IMG/VR virus record: IMGVR_UViG_2563366935_000009
Source of the DNA: a virus
Lineage: Duplodnaviria > Heunggongvirae > Uroviricota > Caudoviricetes
Reading direction: 5' to 3' (one strand)
Length of the DNA: 5,809 nucleotides
The number at the start of each line of letters is the position of its first letter. The stretch's first letter is position 1. Positions 5,552 through 5,809 of the stretch are shown in pieces. Under the pieces are notes generated by a model that had not been told where the DNA came from, ran no database searches, and saw only the letters and a program-made list of their open reading frames with translations. A program made the translations under genes and the position numbers.

Positions 5552-5566
5552 TGGCGGTTTTTTATT
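5541..5566 (+). terminator. Rho-independent terminator immediately upstream of xis
   Basis: CCGCC (5544-5548), TGAT loop, GGCGG (5553-5557), followed by TTTTTTATT. Confidence 0.65.
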
Positions 5567-5608
5567 GCCTGATTTGCAGGTTCGATTCCCTATTCGGAGA
5601 TAGCACTC

Positions 5609-5809
5609 ATGCAACACGAACTACAACCTGATTCACTGGTTGATTTGAAATTCATCATGGCCGATACTGGCTTCGGTAAAACCTTCATCTATGACCGGAT
5701 TAAGTCCGGCGACCTGCCAAAAGCCAAAGTTATCCACGGGCGAGCAAGATGGTTATATCGTGACCATTGTGAATTCAAAAATAAGCTCTTAAGCCGCGCC
5801 AATGGGTAA
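5609..5809 (+). CDS. xis: AlpA-family excisionase / DNA-binding protein (66 aa)
   Basis: GGAGA at 5596-5600, ATG 5609, stop TAA 5807-5809. The winged-helix pattern TGFGKTFIYDRIKSGDLPKAKVIHGRARWLYRDHCEF matches the AlpA/Xis family motif (TG.S...IY ... G.FP.P.K.G.R...W...D...W). It sits at the distal end of the early-left operon, where xis-int is expected. Confidence 0.7.
   Translation: MQHELQPDSLVDLKFIMADTGFGKTFIYDRIKSGDLPKAKVIHGRARWLYRDHCEFKNKLLSRANG

Noticed and set aside
4615-5617. - strand ORFs 4615..5073, 4973..5323, 5116..5454 and 5369..5617
   Set aside because: All are antisense shadows of well-supported + strand genes or terminators, and none has an RBS.
1-5809. CRISPR array, tRNA, rRNA or attachment site
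   Set aside because: No regularly spaced direct repeats, no cloverleaf-like tRNA candidate and no rRNA-like sequence were seen. The attachment site and integrase are expected beyond the right edge.

Overview
This window reads as the early-left (pL-type) arm of a lambdoid prophage, with every supportable gene on the + strand. The left edge (1-207) is the end of an IS3-family insertion sequence on the - strand, with the start of its orfA transposase gene. About 350 bp of leader follows, containing a candidate nutL site (boxA-like TGCTCTTT plus a hairpin). The genes then run: N-like antiterminator, an AT-rich 156-aa gene of unknown function, tandem terminators, a cIII-like small protein, a small acidic protein, a P22-type Erf recombinase translationally coupled to an SSB-like protein with a host-like DDSIPF tail, a basic 98-aa protein, an accessory block (coiled-coil protein, 99-aa protein, DUF551 protein, small membrane protein overlapping an ASCH/PUA-like protein), tandem terminators, a 55-aa ORF missing from the ORF track with its own terminator, and an AlpA-type excisionase at the right edge. 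The integrase would be expected just beyond the window. No tRNA, rRNA or CRISPR array was seen. I found no established defence system; the most system-like candidates are the membrane/ASCH-like overlapping pair and the AT-rich gene after N. All homology statements are from reading the translations and from memory of the families; no database search was run.
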